In this document: one piece after another, positions 13,787-26,403 of the stretch
Layout of the letters: the number at the start of each line of letters is the position of its first letter
Numbering within the stretch: position 1 is the first letter of the stretch
From: the human T2T-CHM13v2.0 reference genome, Homo sapiens
Strand: one strand, 5' to 3'
Assembly (NCBI RefSeq): GCF_009914755.1
Contig: NC_060947.1
Length of the DNA: 64,000 bases
Notes under the pieces: model-generated
Seen by the model: only the letters and a program-made list of their open reading frames with translations
Told to the model about the DNA's origin: nothing
Databases searched by the model: none
Position numbers and translations under genes: made by a program

Positions 13787-14176
13787 TGTAGTAGGCTGAA
13801 TAATGGGCACCCAAAAATATCCAGTACTTTTCCCTGGAACGTGTAAAAGTCATCTTATAAGGAAAAAGGCACTTTGCAGGTGTGATTAAATTAAGGCTTT
13901 TGAGATGGGGGGGGAATCATCTTGGATTGTCCAGATGGGTCCTAGTTTCAATCACAAGTGAGAGAGACAGAGGAAATTTGACACACACAGAAGAGAAGAC
14001 AATGTGATCACAGAAGCAGGTTATTTTAGTAATGCTTCCACGAGACAATCAAGTCACAGAATGCTGGTAGACACCAGAAGCTGAAAGATTTCAGACTTCT
14101 TACCTCCGGAATGGTAAGAGAATAAATTTCTATTCTCAAAAGCCAGTAAATGATTTTGATTTTGTGGTGGTTTGTT
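13787..14176 (+). mobile_element. MLT1C/D-like MaLR LTR, 5' portion
   Basis: tgtagtaggctgaataatgg..ctttgcaggtgtgattaaattaagg..tgagatggg. Confidence 0.75.
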
Positions 14177-14501
14177 CATATACAAAAATCAACTCAAGAT
14201 GGATTAAAGACTTAAATGTAAAACCTAAAACTATACAAACCCCAGAAGAAAACCTAGGAAATACCATTCTGAATGGTCCTGGCAAAGACTTCATGACAAA
14301 GACTCCAAAAGCAATTACAACATAAACAAAAATTAACAAGTGGGACCTAATTAAACTAAAGAGCTTCTGTGCAGCAAAATAAACTATCAACAGAGTAAAC
14401 AGACAACCTGAAGAATGGAAGAATATATTTGCGAACTATACATCTAACAAAGGTCTAATGTTCAAAATGTATAAGGAATTTAAACCAATCAACAAGCAAA
14501 A
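14177..14501 (+). mobile_element. Internal L1 (L1PB-like) ORF2 fragment lacking 3'UTR and poly(A)
   Basis: catatacaaaaatcaactcaagatggattaaagacttaaatgtaaaacctaaaactata..gacctaattaaactaaagagcttctg. Confidence 0.9.
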
Positions 14502-14755
14502 TATGAAAAGGCTTTACTGGCCATTGCTGGTTTTGATGACAGAGGAAAGGACCACGAGCCAAGAAATGCATGTGGCCTCTTGCAAAAAGCAAGAAAATGG
14601 ATTCTCTCCAGAAAGGAATGCAGCTCTGCCAAAATCTTGATTTTAGCCAAATGAGACTCATTTGATCTCCAGGACGATAAGCTATAAGTTAGGGTTGTTT
14701 TAAGCTGCTACGTTTGGGAGTAATTTGTTATAGCAGCAATAGGTAACTGATAACA
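14502..14755 (+). mobile_element. MLT1D/E-like MaLR LTR, 3' portion
   Basis: ctccagaaaggaatgcagctctgcc..gtaatttgttatagcagcaataggtaactgataaca. Confidence 0.75.
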
Positions 14756-15563
14756 CTATCCTATAAGAAAAAAAAAGTATGTAAAAGCCATCTGAAGACA
14801 TCTGCATCTATATTAAAAAGTCTTCAAAGTATGCCACAAATAAATAATACAAAATATTAATAATTTATCTGCAACCATAATGCCCCATCTACATCCCTTA
14901 GTATCATATGGTTTCCTTTTCAAATCTAATGACATGTATGCTATCAGATAAAAGTATAACTTTCATGACTATTAAATATCAAGAACTTTACTAGTTTGGT
15001 GGATATTTAATAAAAAATAAGATTTAAATATTCTAGTTATAAAAACCAATGCACAATATCCAGTGATAATTTAATCAAAGTAAATATAATAAATGAATTC
15101 CTTGTGTATGTGTGTGCCTAATGCAATTGACCCAGGATAAGAATTCATTAACAGTGAATACAAGAGCACAAGTTTTATTTGTAGAACTGTTTTTCCAGGA
15201 ATTAGAAACAAAGATTATCTGCTTGCATTGTGGTTTAAAATTTGATATGTTTCTCAAGGCTTGAGCTTGACCATTTATTCAAATAAGCATCTAAACTTAA
15301 ACACCAAGCAGAAATATTAGCTATTACTCTAGCAAACACAGTAGATGTAAATTTCATTATCAACATCCTGTCTCACAAGATTCTGTAATATTCCAGTAAG
15401 CAGGGCCAGGAAATACAAAAATTTTCCCACAGATATTTCACTACTTCGATTATAATTTCAAGTTGTGTAACATTTTACAGTAACCAAACAGGCTAAATGC
15501 AAATATATAAAACAAAAACTGTAACCAGAAAATCATTTTATCTAAAACTACCTCTCATTTTTT

Positions 15564-15610
15564 AATTGCAACATCTTACACGGACCTAAAAAAAAATTGC
15601 AACATCTTAC
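15564..15610 (+). other. 15-bp insert (acggacct + A7) flanked by a 16-bp direct repeat
   Basis: aattgcaacatcttac at 15564-15579 and 15595-15610; preceded by tttttt/aa, an L1 endonuclease-type site. Confidence 0.8.
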
Positions 15611-17099
15611 TTTTCCTAACTAGTTTTACTGGAATAAGTATATGCCTAATACTTGTTTATTTATTTATTCAAAATCTTTCCTAACTAATAGCAGATCTGT
15701 GATTACTGGGCCATTTTAGCATTCTTCCCTATATATACAGAAAGTGAATGCTATCATTATCTTTCAGTTCAATTTCAGATACATCTCCAGATTTTCTTAT
15801 TGCTGTTGCTATTGTTATTCTTATGTAATATGACTTGACTTCATACTTCTCTACTGGCTTTCTTTAACTTTGCTTTATGGATTTCTGTCATAATTCTATT
15901 CATGTCATCAAGGCACTGCATAATTTGCCTGCCTCTTCAGAAGCCTTTCAAGGGAAGCTATATATTGATCATAGTCAACTACACTCTAATTGCTCAAGAT
16001 ACTGCCAAACATTTCATCAGTCTGGTATATGTTAAATACGATAGAACCAATCCTGTTTTAAATAAGTTAATTTTTCTAGGCAGAGAGCTACCGAGTAAGG
16101 TTCACCTTTTGGTGCTCAATTAGTAAGAATCATAACATGCTTTTGAAACTCATATTAAACCACTCAGTGTTGCAATGACCTATTGGTTGACATCATGTCA
16201 TTATAGATTGGAATTTTCAATTCAGCAATTTGCTTCAATAGTGCTGTCAAAAACTAACAAAATTGTGGAAATTGTTCTCAATGAATTCTCAGAATGTGTA
16301 TTGATGCAGCTGATACTGTCGTTAAAGTTTCTACACTTATATTGATAAGCTGGTTGGTACACTAGGAGACAAATGCCCTTTGTTGAAGGCATCAGCAGGC
16401 ACATCAATGCACATTTCATTTCTGATTATTTTTTCTTTGGGCTATACTAAATATGGCAGTAAAGTTGAATAAAATTTTAATAATTGGTAGGAATATTATT
16501 TTTCAAGTGTCACGAGCCAGGGAGGAGCACAAAATAAATTTTTCTAATAAATCACAATCATAATAACAGATCGAACAGACCTATGAATCCCCCCAAATTC
16601 ATCATTTTAAAGCGATCAGCTCATTTAACACTAAAATGCATCTATCCTCAGGCTGAATGATAACATCGGTAAAGCAGCACCCAGCAACATAATGCATTTA
16701 AGAATATATAATTAAGACATTGGAAAGAATTATGACTATTAGGCCTGAATCTTAAAGGAGTCAATAATTGCTTGCAAACAGTAAAGTCGGATAAATTGCT
16801 TCTTAGGAAAATAAACTAGGAGAGGAAAATTTCAGAGGAGTACACAGTAGGTTCCCAGTTAACTTAAAAGGTTAATTTTCCAGAAGAATAACATCTATCT
16901 AATAAGATTATATAGTTCTTGAGTTACATAAGATTTGAACCTCAAATACCTATCTGAAGAGGCTGATTCATTCTTATACTTCTCTCAGATCCTCAATCCA
17001 GGAGTAGTTCTTCATACAACAGGCTTTGTGAACTATTTATTCAATTAGTAAGCAATCTTGATCCCTAAAGCTCCATCTAATCCTGGCCTCTTTTGAAAA

Positions 17100-17270
17100 A
17101 ACAGAACTTTAGAGCTAGAAAGTAATTGCAAAATTATTTATTTCAACCACGTAATTCCCACTAAGGTACAAGAGAAGAATGTGTCTTACTCAAACATAGT
17201 GCTTAAGTGATCAAATTAGGTCTCTAGAACCTACGTGCCTTTAGTCTCAGCCATGGAACTTTCTACTTTA
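17100..17270 (-). mobile_element. MIR fragment
   Basis: agaactttagagctagaaag..ctagaacctacgtgcctttagtctcagcc..tttctact. Confidence 0.5.
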
Positions 17271-19179
17271 TTGTCTATTTTTGCCACTTCTATTCATTAA
17301 AATAGTTACCTAGATGGAGAATCAGATATCCAGTGTTCTTTATTCCATACACCAGTAATTTTTAATTTGCCCTTGTACAAATCACATTTCCCTTTACTAA
17401 GTAATAATTTTTAAAAAGCATGATTGATATACTTATTTTAAAAGGACACTGACATAGTTCGATTACTGCCATACTTATCTCAACCACACCATGATATGGT
17501 TGACACTGTAGATTACTTTCCTCTTAAATATTATTTTTCTAGATTAAGAACTATTATGTTAGACTATATTTAGCTAGTGTAAAGTTTGGGAATTCTCTAT
17601 GTCATTGACAATCTGGTAGTGGGATTAGAAAATACTATCTGTTAACAGATAAAGCACTAAGGCGCTTGAAATGCCTGACTCAAAGCAGAATTTATGCGGA
17701 AATGCTAAGGTGGCAATTACAGATAAATGGAGTATTAAGGACTAAAGGAAGTAAAACGCGAACTTATTTTGTCATTGTAAGAGAGAAGCAATTGAGACTC
17801 TGTAGAGAAGAACACTCATACTCAGTGATCCCTGACTATCTTGTTTACAACTAGAGCTAGTTTATAAAGAGCAGAAAGACAAGGGCATATGAAGTTAGAG
17901 TATTTTGAGAAAAGAGGAAACCTAAAAAGGAATAGTTGGGAGTAATTAAACTGGTTAAACACAAACAGAAAACAAACCATTGTATAAAAGGCGGTAATTA
18001 ATCCCAACTTAAAAAAATGAAAGAAAATAAGAGAATCATTTAGGTAATACTGCCTATAGTTTTGTGAATGGGATGTAATAAACAAATAAAGAAGAACCTA
18101 GAGATTGAGCTTGGCCATATTGTGGAAATGTTATAAAGATCAATATTGATCCCCAAATGGAGATCTGGGGCTAAGCCAGAACATAAATATACAGTTAGCC
18201 AAGGCCTGCCTAGTAAGATATGAAGGTGGAAAAGAAGAAAATGAGTTCATTCAAGTCAAGGGAACTATAAAGGGAATATAGAGAGATCTTTGCAAAGACA
18301 TCAGAAATTCTAAAGAAAAAGTAGCGAGTGAATATTTAAAAAGTAAAAAAAAAAAACACTACATTGATTAAATCTGCCTTTCATAAATTGCCTGTATCAA
18401 GCTATAAATTGATGTCCTTAAATATTAAGCACCAATGTTATAAAATAATACAATTTCCATAGTATTTATATACAGACATTATGTGCATACTGAAAAAATT
18501 GCAATATAAAATAACCTAAAATATTTTTTAAATAGCAAAGCCAAGAGAAAAAGGGAGATTTAACTAATGAACTTAAATGAAAAGTAACAAGCAATTTAAA
18601 GAATGCGTTGAAATCAAAATACGACTAGACCAACCCTAAATGGGGAAATAGAAAAACAATAAAAAGAGTGTAATTTAAATATATTGGAATGGCTATGAGT
18701 TTGGACAAGTTATTGCTGGATAATATTCAATCTGCAAGGATATTAGAGCATTAAAATGAATAGTCATATATGCAGATAATAATGAGCAGAGTTAGCACCA
18801 TTGTAATGCAGTAAAGAAAAAAGTCCTTTTTAAATATAAAAATTTAACAATGAATATGAAAATGTATATCAAAAGAAAAATTAAAAGGTGTACCACATAG
18901 CAAGAAGTGGTACCCTGGTTACTATCTAGCTTTGATAAAACTCCTTATAGACTGATATTTGAGAACCAAAATTCAGCACTGGTTATTGAATTTTTAAAAA
19001 GTTAACATTTAAATCCTGATAAAGTATAAATGATCTGTATTATTCTAAGCAGATTTGGCTTTCATTTATTTCAAACAGTATTTAATTTTAGATATATTTT
19101 ACTTAAGCTGTCCTTGAATAAGTGAAAGGATGCTGGTCTGACTCTAGACATAAAAAGAAGAAGAAGAATTAGAACTCAA

Positions 19180-19189
19180 TCTCTCTCTC

Positions 19190-19240
<51 letters not shown>
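19180..19240. repeat. Compound (CT)n(CA)n microsatellite
   Basis: Directly visible. Confidence 0.97.
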
Positions 19241-19243
<3 letters not shown>

Positions 19244-20408
19244 CCTTATTATTGCATGTCAAATAAAATATTAACAGGGTGAAATTCAAATACTAAAAAT
19301 TTTAAGCTAACCAGTAACACAGACATATTCACAATGTACTCAAACCTCTGGAGTTGTAAGGTCAGTACAAATATACCCAATCCCTTCTAAATGTATAGTA
19401 TTACACAAGAATCATGGATGTTCAGATGGCTGTACAAGTCATTCAAACAGCAAAGAAAGGAGCACACTTTTTTAGCATATAGAGCTCCCTAGAACCAGAA
19501 AGCAGATGAATACATTTTACAAAGATTTCCAATAACAAGCTGTGCACCAAAATGTTTTCTTTTTACTCAACCTTTAGTTTTCCAGGGAACTCAGTCTAAA
19601 CAAAATGTCCAGCCCTGACCAATCCACATAATAAAAGCTTTACAAAGTTTAGAAAACATGTATAACTGTCAATGTAGGTGTTGACCAAATAAAGACAAGA
19701 AGGTCACATTTATTTGCAAAGGTTAAACAGCAAGGAGAAAGGAGTCCAAGAGGAGTAATGAGGTGAAACTGTACAAGGACATTTCTAAAACAGCTTGTAT
19801 GTGTGTTTTGGGTGGAACAGTCTCTAAGAAGTCATAAAATCCTCATTGCTTAGTCATTTAAAAATCAGAGCATACAAAGGCAGACTTAAAATGCTTAATT
19901 AGGCCTCTGACTTTTTTCTGAAAAATTAATGTGAATCTGACAGTAATCCACTGTTGGAGAATTCTTAGATTTTTTTGAACTTATTACACAGTTAACATCA
20001 TGAAACTTACTACAGACACCATTATTAAGAAAATATTGTCAAAAGTGTTTAAGTAATTAAGTTGTTTTTGACCATTTATTTATGGATACAAAATATAAGG
20101 TTTGAAACAGCTAATAGTGTTGTACAGACCACATTTACATAACAATAATTTCCTTAAAAATTAGCAAGAATTAAGATATTTCCTATTTGAGAGTAGAAGT
20201 ACTTGTAATATTTATTTCTTTTATGAAACAGATATGATAGCCTTAAATGAAATTTGTATTTTAGATAGTCCATTATACTTCTAAAGCATAAACATCCCAA
20301 TGTGTGTTTTAGAATCGAAGGCAATACCACAAAGTTAAAAACAATCCTTAATTAAGTACTTACCTGAGGTAATAAGCAGTGTACTAATGTTAAATGTTAA
20401 GACATTAG

Positions 20409-20572
20409 AGAAATGTTTCTGAAAAGAGCATATGCAGCATCACAATTGCCTAGAGAGTTTGTTAAAAATCGAAATTTCTGTATCTCGGTTCAGAACAATT
20501 TGGGCCCACCAATGTGCATTTTACCAAGTTCCTCAGATTATTCTGCTGTGCCATAAAGCTTAAGAATCATTG
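20409..20572. mobile_element. MER5-type hAT MITE remnant
   Basis: gagagtttgttaaaaat..tgtgcattttaccaagttcctcagattattctg..aaagcttaagaatcattg. Confidence 0.6.
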
Positions 20573-21945
20573 ACAGAAAAATAGAACTTCAATGAGAAAG
20601 CTAGAGATAAAAAGGAATGAATTTTCCTTGTTCCAGTGTCATTAGTATATTATACTCTAATTTTCCTTTAATAATATTTTCCCTAGGATAAGACAAAAGA
20701 CAAGCCACATAGCATTATAATTTCATAAAACAAAAACAATAATTATCACTCAATAGAACTCCATCTCAAAACACGTGTAAGTATATTTCCTTAGGTGGTC
20801 CCTGAGAAAGGCTCATAAAGCATAATGCTGATTTAACTCAAGAATATTATAGTATTTATAAAATGGAACAGATTGACCTGAACTCTAGGTGTCTTTGATG
20901 GCTCAAAGCAAATCCAGAAGGCCTTACCAGTTTCAACCAGTTTGTGCCAGTTAGCTTCAAAGAGGAAGCTTGCCTAATGATTTTTATAAACGTGAACATT
21001 TCCTAATAATATATTGTAGGTTGTTACTTGCTTATCCAAGCGATCCCATTTTGAATAAGGGTTCCTTAAAAGAGTTTTGAACAAGGAACATGACAGATTG
21101 CATTTTTAAGCCATGTTCATTAAAAAAAAATTCTAGCTAATAAAAATATTACTTTATATAATGTTGACATACTGTTTTTCTCAGCTTATTTAACAATAGT
21201 AGAAGAGATGTTCACGCTTAATCATTAAGGGTTTCGGGTTGATCAGATTTATCAGTGTACTTTTTTAAACTAACAATAAATCACTTTACTGATGGCTCAA
21301 TCAATTTTTGGCCACTTATTATGCCATTATATCACCTACTTAATTTTTGAAATCAATCTTTATTTATAAAAAGCTTGTCCTCTTCCCCTTGTGTGTCACA
21401 GTGTCATGCTGTAGATTTTGGTCCCTATGGAGTAAGGACAGAGCCAGAATCAGAAGGTAGATACAGGACACAAGGAAAGACATGCTTCGGTCACATATGG
21501 GAATGAGAAAGGTTTTGTGTATCAAAATAATCATAACTTCATTGAAAGAGAAAAATTTCTTATAATTATTAATTCCACAATTGTACTAATGTAAAAAAAT
21601 TAGTAACACTGTTATCTGATAATATAATTTATAAAGTATGGTGGCAACATAATCTCATATCTAAAATTCGTGACTACATTTATGATTCATTCCACTTTTC
21701 TTTATGCAAAAGAAGAGCTCTTATATCCTGAAATAATCTAACCTCCTTTCTGATACTTATTTCCACATTTTAATGTTCAAAATTTGTTTGAAAGTTTTAA
21801 AAATTTCTCCAAATTCTTGGACTGTCCTTGTTTAAGACAAATCATATGTAATTTCTGCTATCTAGTTATAATATTTTATCATATTCACTCATTCCATCAA
21901 ATATTTATTTTAGCATCTACCATATACCAGACACTGATCTTCCAC

Positions 21946-22087
21946 CTGCACTTTTCAAATTTTAATGCACATATGAATGAGCCATATAATGCAGATTCCA
22001 ATTCAGTAGGTCTGGGATAGGGCCTAAAATTCCACACTGTTGACAAACCTCCAGGTAAGATTAAGATCATACTTTGAGCATCAGGAG
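21946..22087. mobile_element. MER5B-like hAT MITE remnant
   Basis: aatgcagattccaattcagtaggtctgggatagggcct..acaaacctccaggt..catactttgag. Confidence 0.7.
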
Positions 22088-24329
22088 TAGTAACACTTAG
22101 TCTATAGAACTAACTTGAAAAAGGTGAAAGAAGCCAGTCTTAATAAAACCATCCCATAACAATTTGAGATATAGTATTGTAGATGGACAGCAGTCCAGGA
22201 AGGATTGTAGTTTTAAAATTGCAACAAAAGTTATGGAATCTAATACATCCCAATACACAAAAACCAATGCACTCTATCAGAACATAACCACCAGTGCCAA
22301 AGTCAGAAAGAAAAATATGATACCAAGAGCATTCTATATTAAAAAGATTTATAGCTTATTTCTATTTGAGATAATCTATTGCAGTAGGAGGGATTTTTTA
22401 AAAATGAGTGAGGTTGGCTGATTTTGAGCGCAATCAATAAATATTTGTGAAATAGATTCAGATCTCCTGACACTATATTCCTAAGCTAAGAAAGAATCTT
22501 TCTAGCCACTTCCTAGATGTTGGCTAAATGAGAACCATACTGTATTCACATGCAGGTTGGAAAAAATCTGCCATAAAGTCAACTAAGGAAGTTTTTCCCA
22601 AGTGGGTAAAGAATACAAATAGAAAAGCAAACGGGACTTTTTGCTGGAGCAGATTTTGGAAAACAGGAGCACAACATCTCTTTCCTGTGTTTCCCAAAGG
22701 AGTCATTCTGTAGACTTTTGGGTATGAATTAAAAGGAATTAGACATACAAAGAGGAATTTGTTAGAAGAAAATAAATAAACACACCCATACACATTCATT
22801 TTCTGTGGATTTACAGTTACTCTTTGTAAAATGTGGACATAATAGAATATCCATTTGGATCATTTCATTATGAATATCATTTAAGGAACTGATATTAACT
22901 TTATAATTATGCTCTTGGATATTTGTTTGTTACCATATAAGATGACCTGACTTTTCAATCAGATACCATAGCAGAGGAAAATAAGGTGCATATTATCTTT
23001 GTTATAATGATAAAACTTTGCACCTCTATACTAGTCCAGAGAAGACATACTTGTATTTATTCTAGACTAATTGCAGACCATTTCTATGTTCTTTTGCTAC
23101 AGCTTCCTCTCAGACCACCAAAGTCTAGCATTTAACTTTCGTCTCTATTTTCATCTTTGTATATTATGTCTTGGGGAAAAAATCAGAAGCATCTAGATGA
23201 AGCCAAGAATTTTAGTATTATCATTCCCTGTAATATATGCAGCTAAGCTGAAACAGGTCTGCTGTATTTCCTGATTCCCTCAATTTAAAGTAATTTGTGT
23301 TGAACTGTGATTCATGAGTTGTTGAAAACTAATCAATATACTGCTTAGTTTCAAACAAAAATTTAAAACAAAGCCATTTATGGTAAATAAATTGAAATGA
23401 AAAAGCTAAGATTTCCACTACATCCTATTATTTTAATTTGAGTGATCCTTTGTGACTGATTTGCAGGTGGTAATGACTTGCAAATTAAGTTGGCAGAAAA
23501 CTGTGCTGTTGTGACCCAGTGACTAAGCTTTCGCAGAGCTTACAAAGAACACTGTGCATTTGGGGGCTTTATATTTTATTGCTTATGTCCAGGGTGAGAA
23601 TGCTTCTTGCAGCCTTGTCCAAAAATTAGCATTAATGAATACTGTCAGTCTACCACTTAGTAGGTTGAGAACAAGCGGTTAACACCTCTACCTCAACACT
23701 AATTGACTGGTTAAAGTGCTTGGCCAGGGAATTATTTATTTTCCTGTTCAGCATCTTCTCAGTAAAACAGATTCCTTCCTTTAAACACCAACTCCACTTA
23801 ACACCACAGTAATGCTCTGTTAGAAATGAAACTAACTCTGTTAGAAATGAAATGCTGCTAGTAGATTCTACATCTGCTGACACATTCCTTTTTAAATACC
23901 TTCAATCTAAGTATCGCCACAACTTTCACTGACAGGCTTTTCCTAATTGCATGATTTCCTGAATAGCAAATTTATCAACTGTATGTTTCATCTGGGAGGA
24001 CTGATCTACCATTCTTGCTGCACCTAAATGTTCACATATGAAAGCAAAAAGTGGCAGTGAGGAAAGGGAGAAGGGACAGGAAAATAATCTCTGGAGTACA
24101 ATCTACTAAGTCTACAGTTGTATATGCTTTACCTATTTTAATTTTTACAAGAACTCTGAAACTATTATTGTTATTCATACACATTTTCCAGCTAATTTTG
24201 AAGTTATACAGCCATTAAGTGTTAATATTGTGGTCACCTCTGAGTTTTGTTTGATCCAGCTCATTCACTACTTCCTTCAGAAACTCTTCCTTAATACCAT
24301 CATGCCTGCCACCACTGTGGTTATTTTAA

Positions 24330-25010
24330 TAAATCCTCCTTGGTGTTTCTTTCTGTGTTTTCAGATTCTTTTTGCATTGCCTGTTTATACATGTTGCTCC
24401 CTCACTAGACCTTGAAATCTGGGAAAGCAAAGTTATGTCTTATCTATGAATCCTAGTGGGTCTAGAACAGTAACTGACACACAGCAGGTTCTCAGTGAAT
24501 GTTCGTTGAATGGTGACCAAATGACTTCAAAGCCTATGATATTTGAAGCCCTCTTGATCTCCCAACCCCACTTAATCACAAGAAATTTCTCCCTTTTCTG
24601 ACCTTGCCAAACAGTTTGTATTATTTGAAGGTACTTAGTCCTTCAGGCCTCGCAGTATAGTTATTTTTGCATTCGTCACATGTTCTCTGCCATAACATAC
24701 ACTCTTTGAGAGAGTATTATTCATATTCTCCTAGCAACCAACCACATTGTTTCAATAATGTTAGTCTTTATATGTGCGTTCATTGAACACTTTCTCTGTC
24801 TTAGTTACTTTGTTAGGTATTAGGTAAGGGCAATTCAGAGTCAAACAGGAAGTGGTCCTTCCTCTTGAAGGGATGATAGTCTAGCCATAATAGTCTGGTT
24901 ACAATAGAGTGTGAAAATTACTATGATTGATGCATGAGCAAAGTGTTACGGAAATACACGGAATGAGTATGCCTGCTTTTACAGAGGAGGTAATATTTAA
25001 ATGAAGCTGA
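24330..25010. mobile_element. Cluster of L2 fragments
   Basis: ctccctcactagac..acacagcaggttctcagtgaatgttcgttgaatg; cattgaacact..gtggtccttcctcttgaag..acagaggaggtaatattt. Confidence 0.5.
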
Positions 25011-25184
25011 GCTGTATCTTGCATCAGGTGATACAGCCAAGGCATCTTTTTATAACAAAGAGTTTTTAAAGTAGTTTATAGTGGAATAGAATTCAGTACT
25101 GTCAAATGCCACTCCTTCCCCCATCAATAAAATTGCTACAGTTGTTTCCCACAATTATTAATCAAAACTTGAGGATTGTAAGAT

Positions 25185-25445
25185 GTGGGCACTGATGTAT
25201 GCATGGGCTTAGATTCAAATCTCACTCCAACTCCTAACTCTGTTTGACCTTGAAGAGTTACTTTAACTCTATGAGTTTCAATGTTCTAATCAGGGTAAAA
25301 TAAAGATAATAACTACCCATTGAGTTGAAATATATATATATGTATATACACACACAGATATATATATATAGATATAGATATATAGATATATAGATATCCT
25401 TAAAATGTGCATACGTGTAAAGCCTAGTTGGTCTTCAATATATAT
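25185..25445 (+). mobile_element. MIR interrupted by a (TA)/(TAGATA) microsatellite (25330-25397)
   Basis: gattcaaatctcactcc..tgaccttgaagagttactttaactctatgagtttca..aaaataaagataataactacc. Confidence 0.7.
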
Positions 25446-26029
25446 TATTCTTCTAAGAAGTTTGAAAAAAGGGAATATTACTTTCTGGATAGTAACCTGT
25501 GTATTCAATAATAAAAACTCGACTTTTCCAACATATTTTTTCTGCCAGTTTCCTACCCTTATATCAAAGATACTAATGTTTCTTTGTAAACTCTCTAGAC
25601 TAGGAGATACCTGTTGCATTCTAACAGTCCAATCTTATATTCTTTCGTTCAGTTAGTAAATTACTTAATATTCATAGATTTATTCATCATTTACTAATAC
25701 ACATGATGAAATGCTAGATGCTGAGGATGATACAGAAATGGAAATGTCAGTGTCTATACTTATAATTAAGTCACAAAAATATGACATGGTAAACAATTAC
25801 CATTATAATTCAAAGTAATGTGTAAGAAGTGATCTATGTATGATAAGATCAGTGTGGGCTTTGATAGCTCTGAAGGGGGAGAGGTGGCAATATTACGTGT
25901 CATTAATAGAAGGCTTCTTGGAGGAGTTTGCATTTAACTTCGATCTTAAAGTTTGCTTAGGTTTGAATAAATGAGATAGGTAGGGCTGATTTTTAGAAGT
26001 TTCCCATGCAGAATGGATGGTATTAACCA

Positions 26030-26285
26030 TACAGTAACATGGATTACAGCAGGATCTTTGGGATCAGACAGAACTGAGTTGGGATCCTGGCTCGAAAACT
26101 TGCTGGTTTTGTGCTATTGGGCAAGTTTCTAACATATTCGAACTTCCAGATTCTCATGTGAAAAATGGGGATAATAAGGGTACCTACCTCACAGAGTTGT
26201 TGTAGAATTAAATATGATAATGCATGAAAAGCACTTTGCATGTACTTGATACATAATAAATGCTTAATAAATGGTAGTTGTTATG
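26030..26285 (+). mobile_element. Near full-length MIR SINE
   Basis: ttgggcaagtttctaac..tgtgaaaaatggggataataagggtacctacctcacagagttgttgtagaattaaat. Confidence 0.9.
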
Positions 26286-26403
26286 ACTATGAGCAAAGTT
26301 GCAGATACAAAGTTCCAAAAGTATACCTGGAGTAGAGTCATTTTTTTCAAAATGGAAGGTACATACATATGTATGTACAGATAAAAAAATCTGGAAACAT
26401 TAA

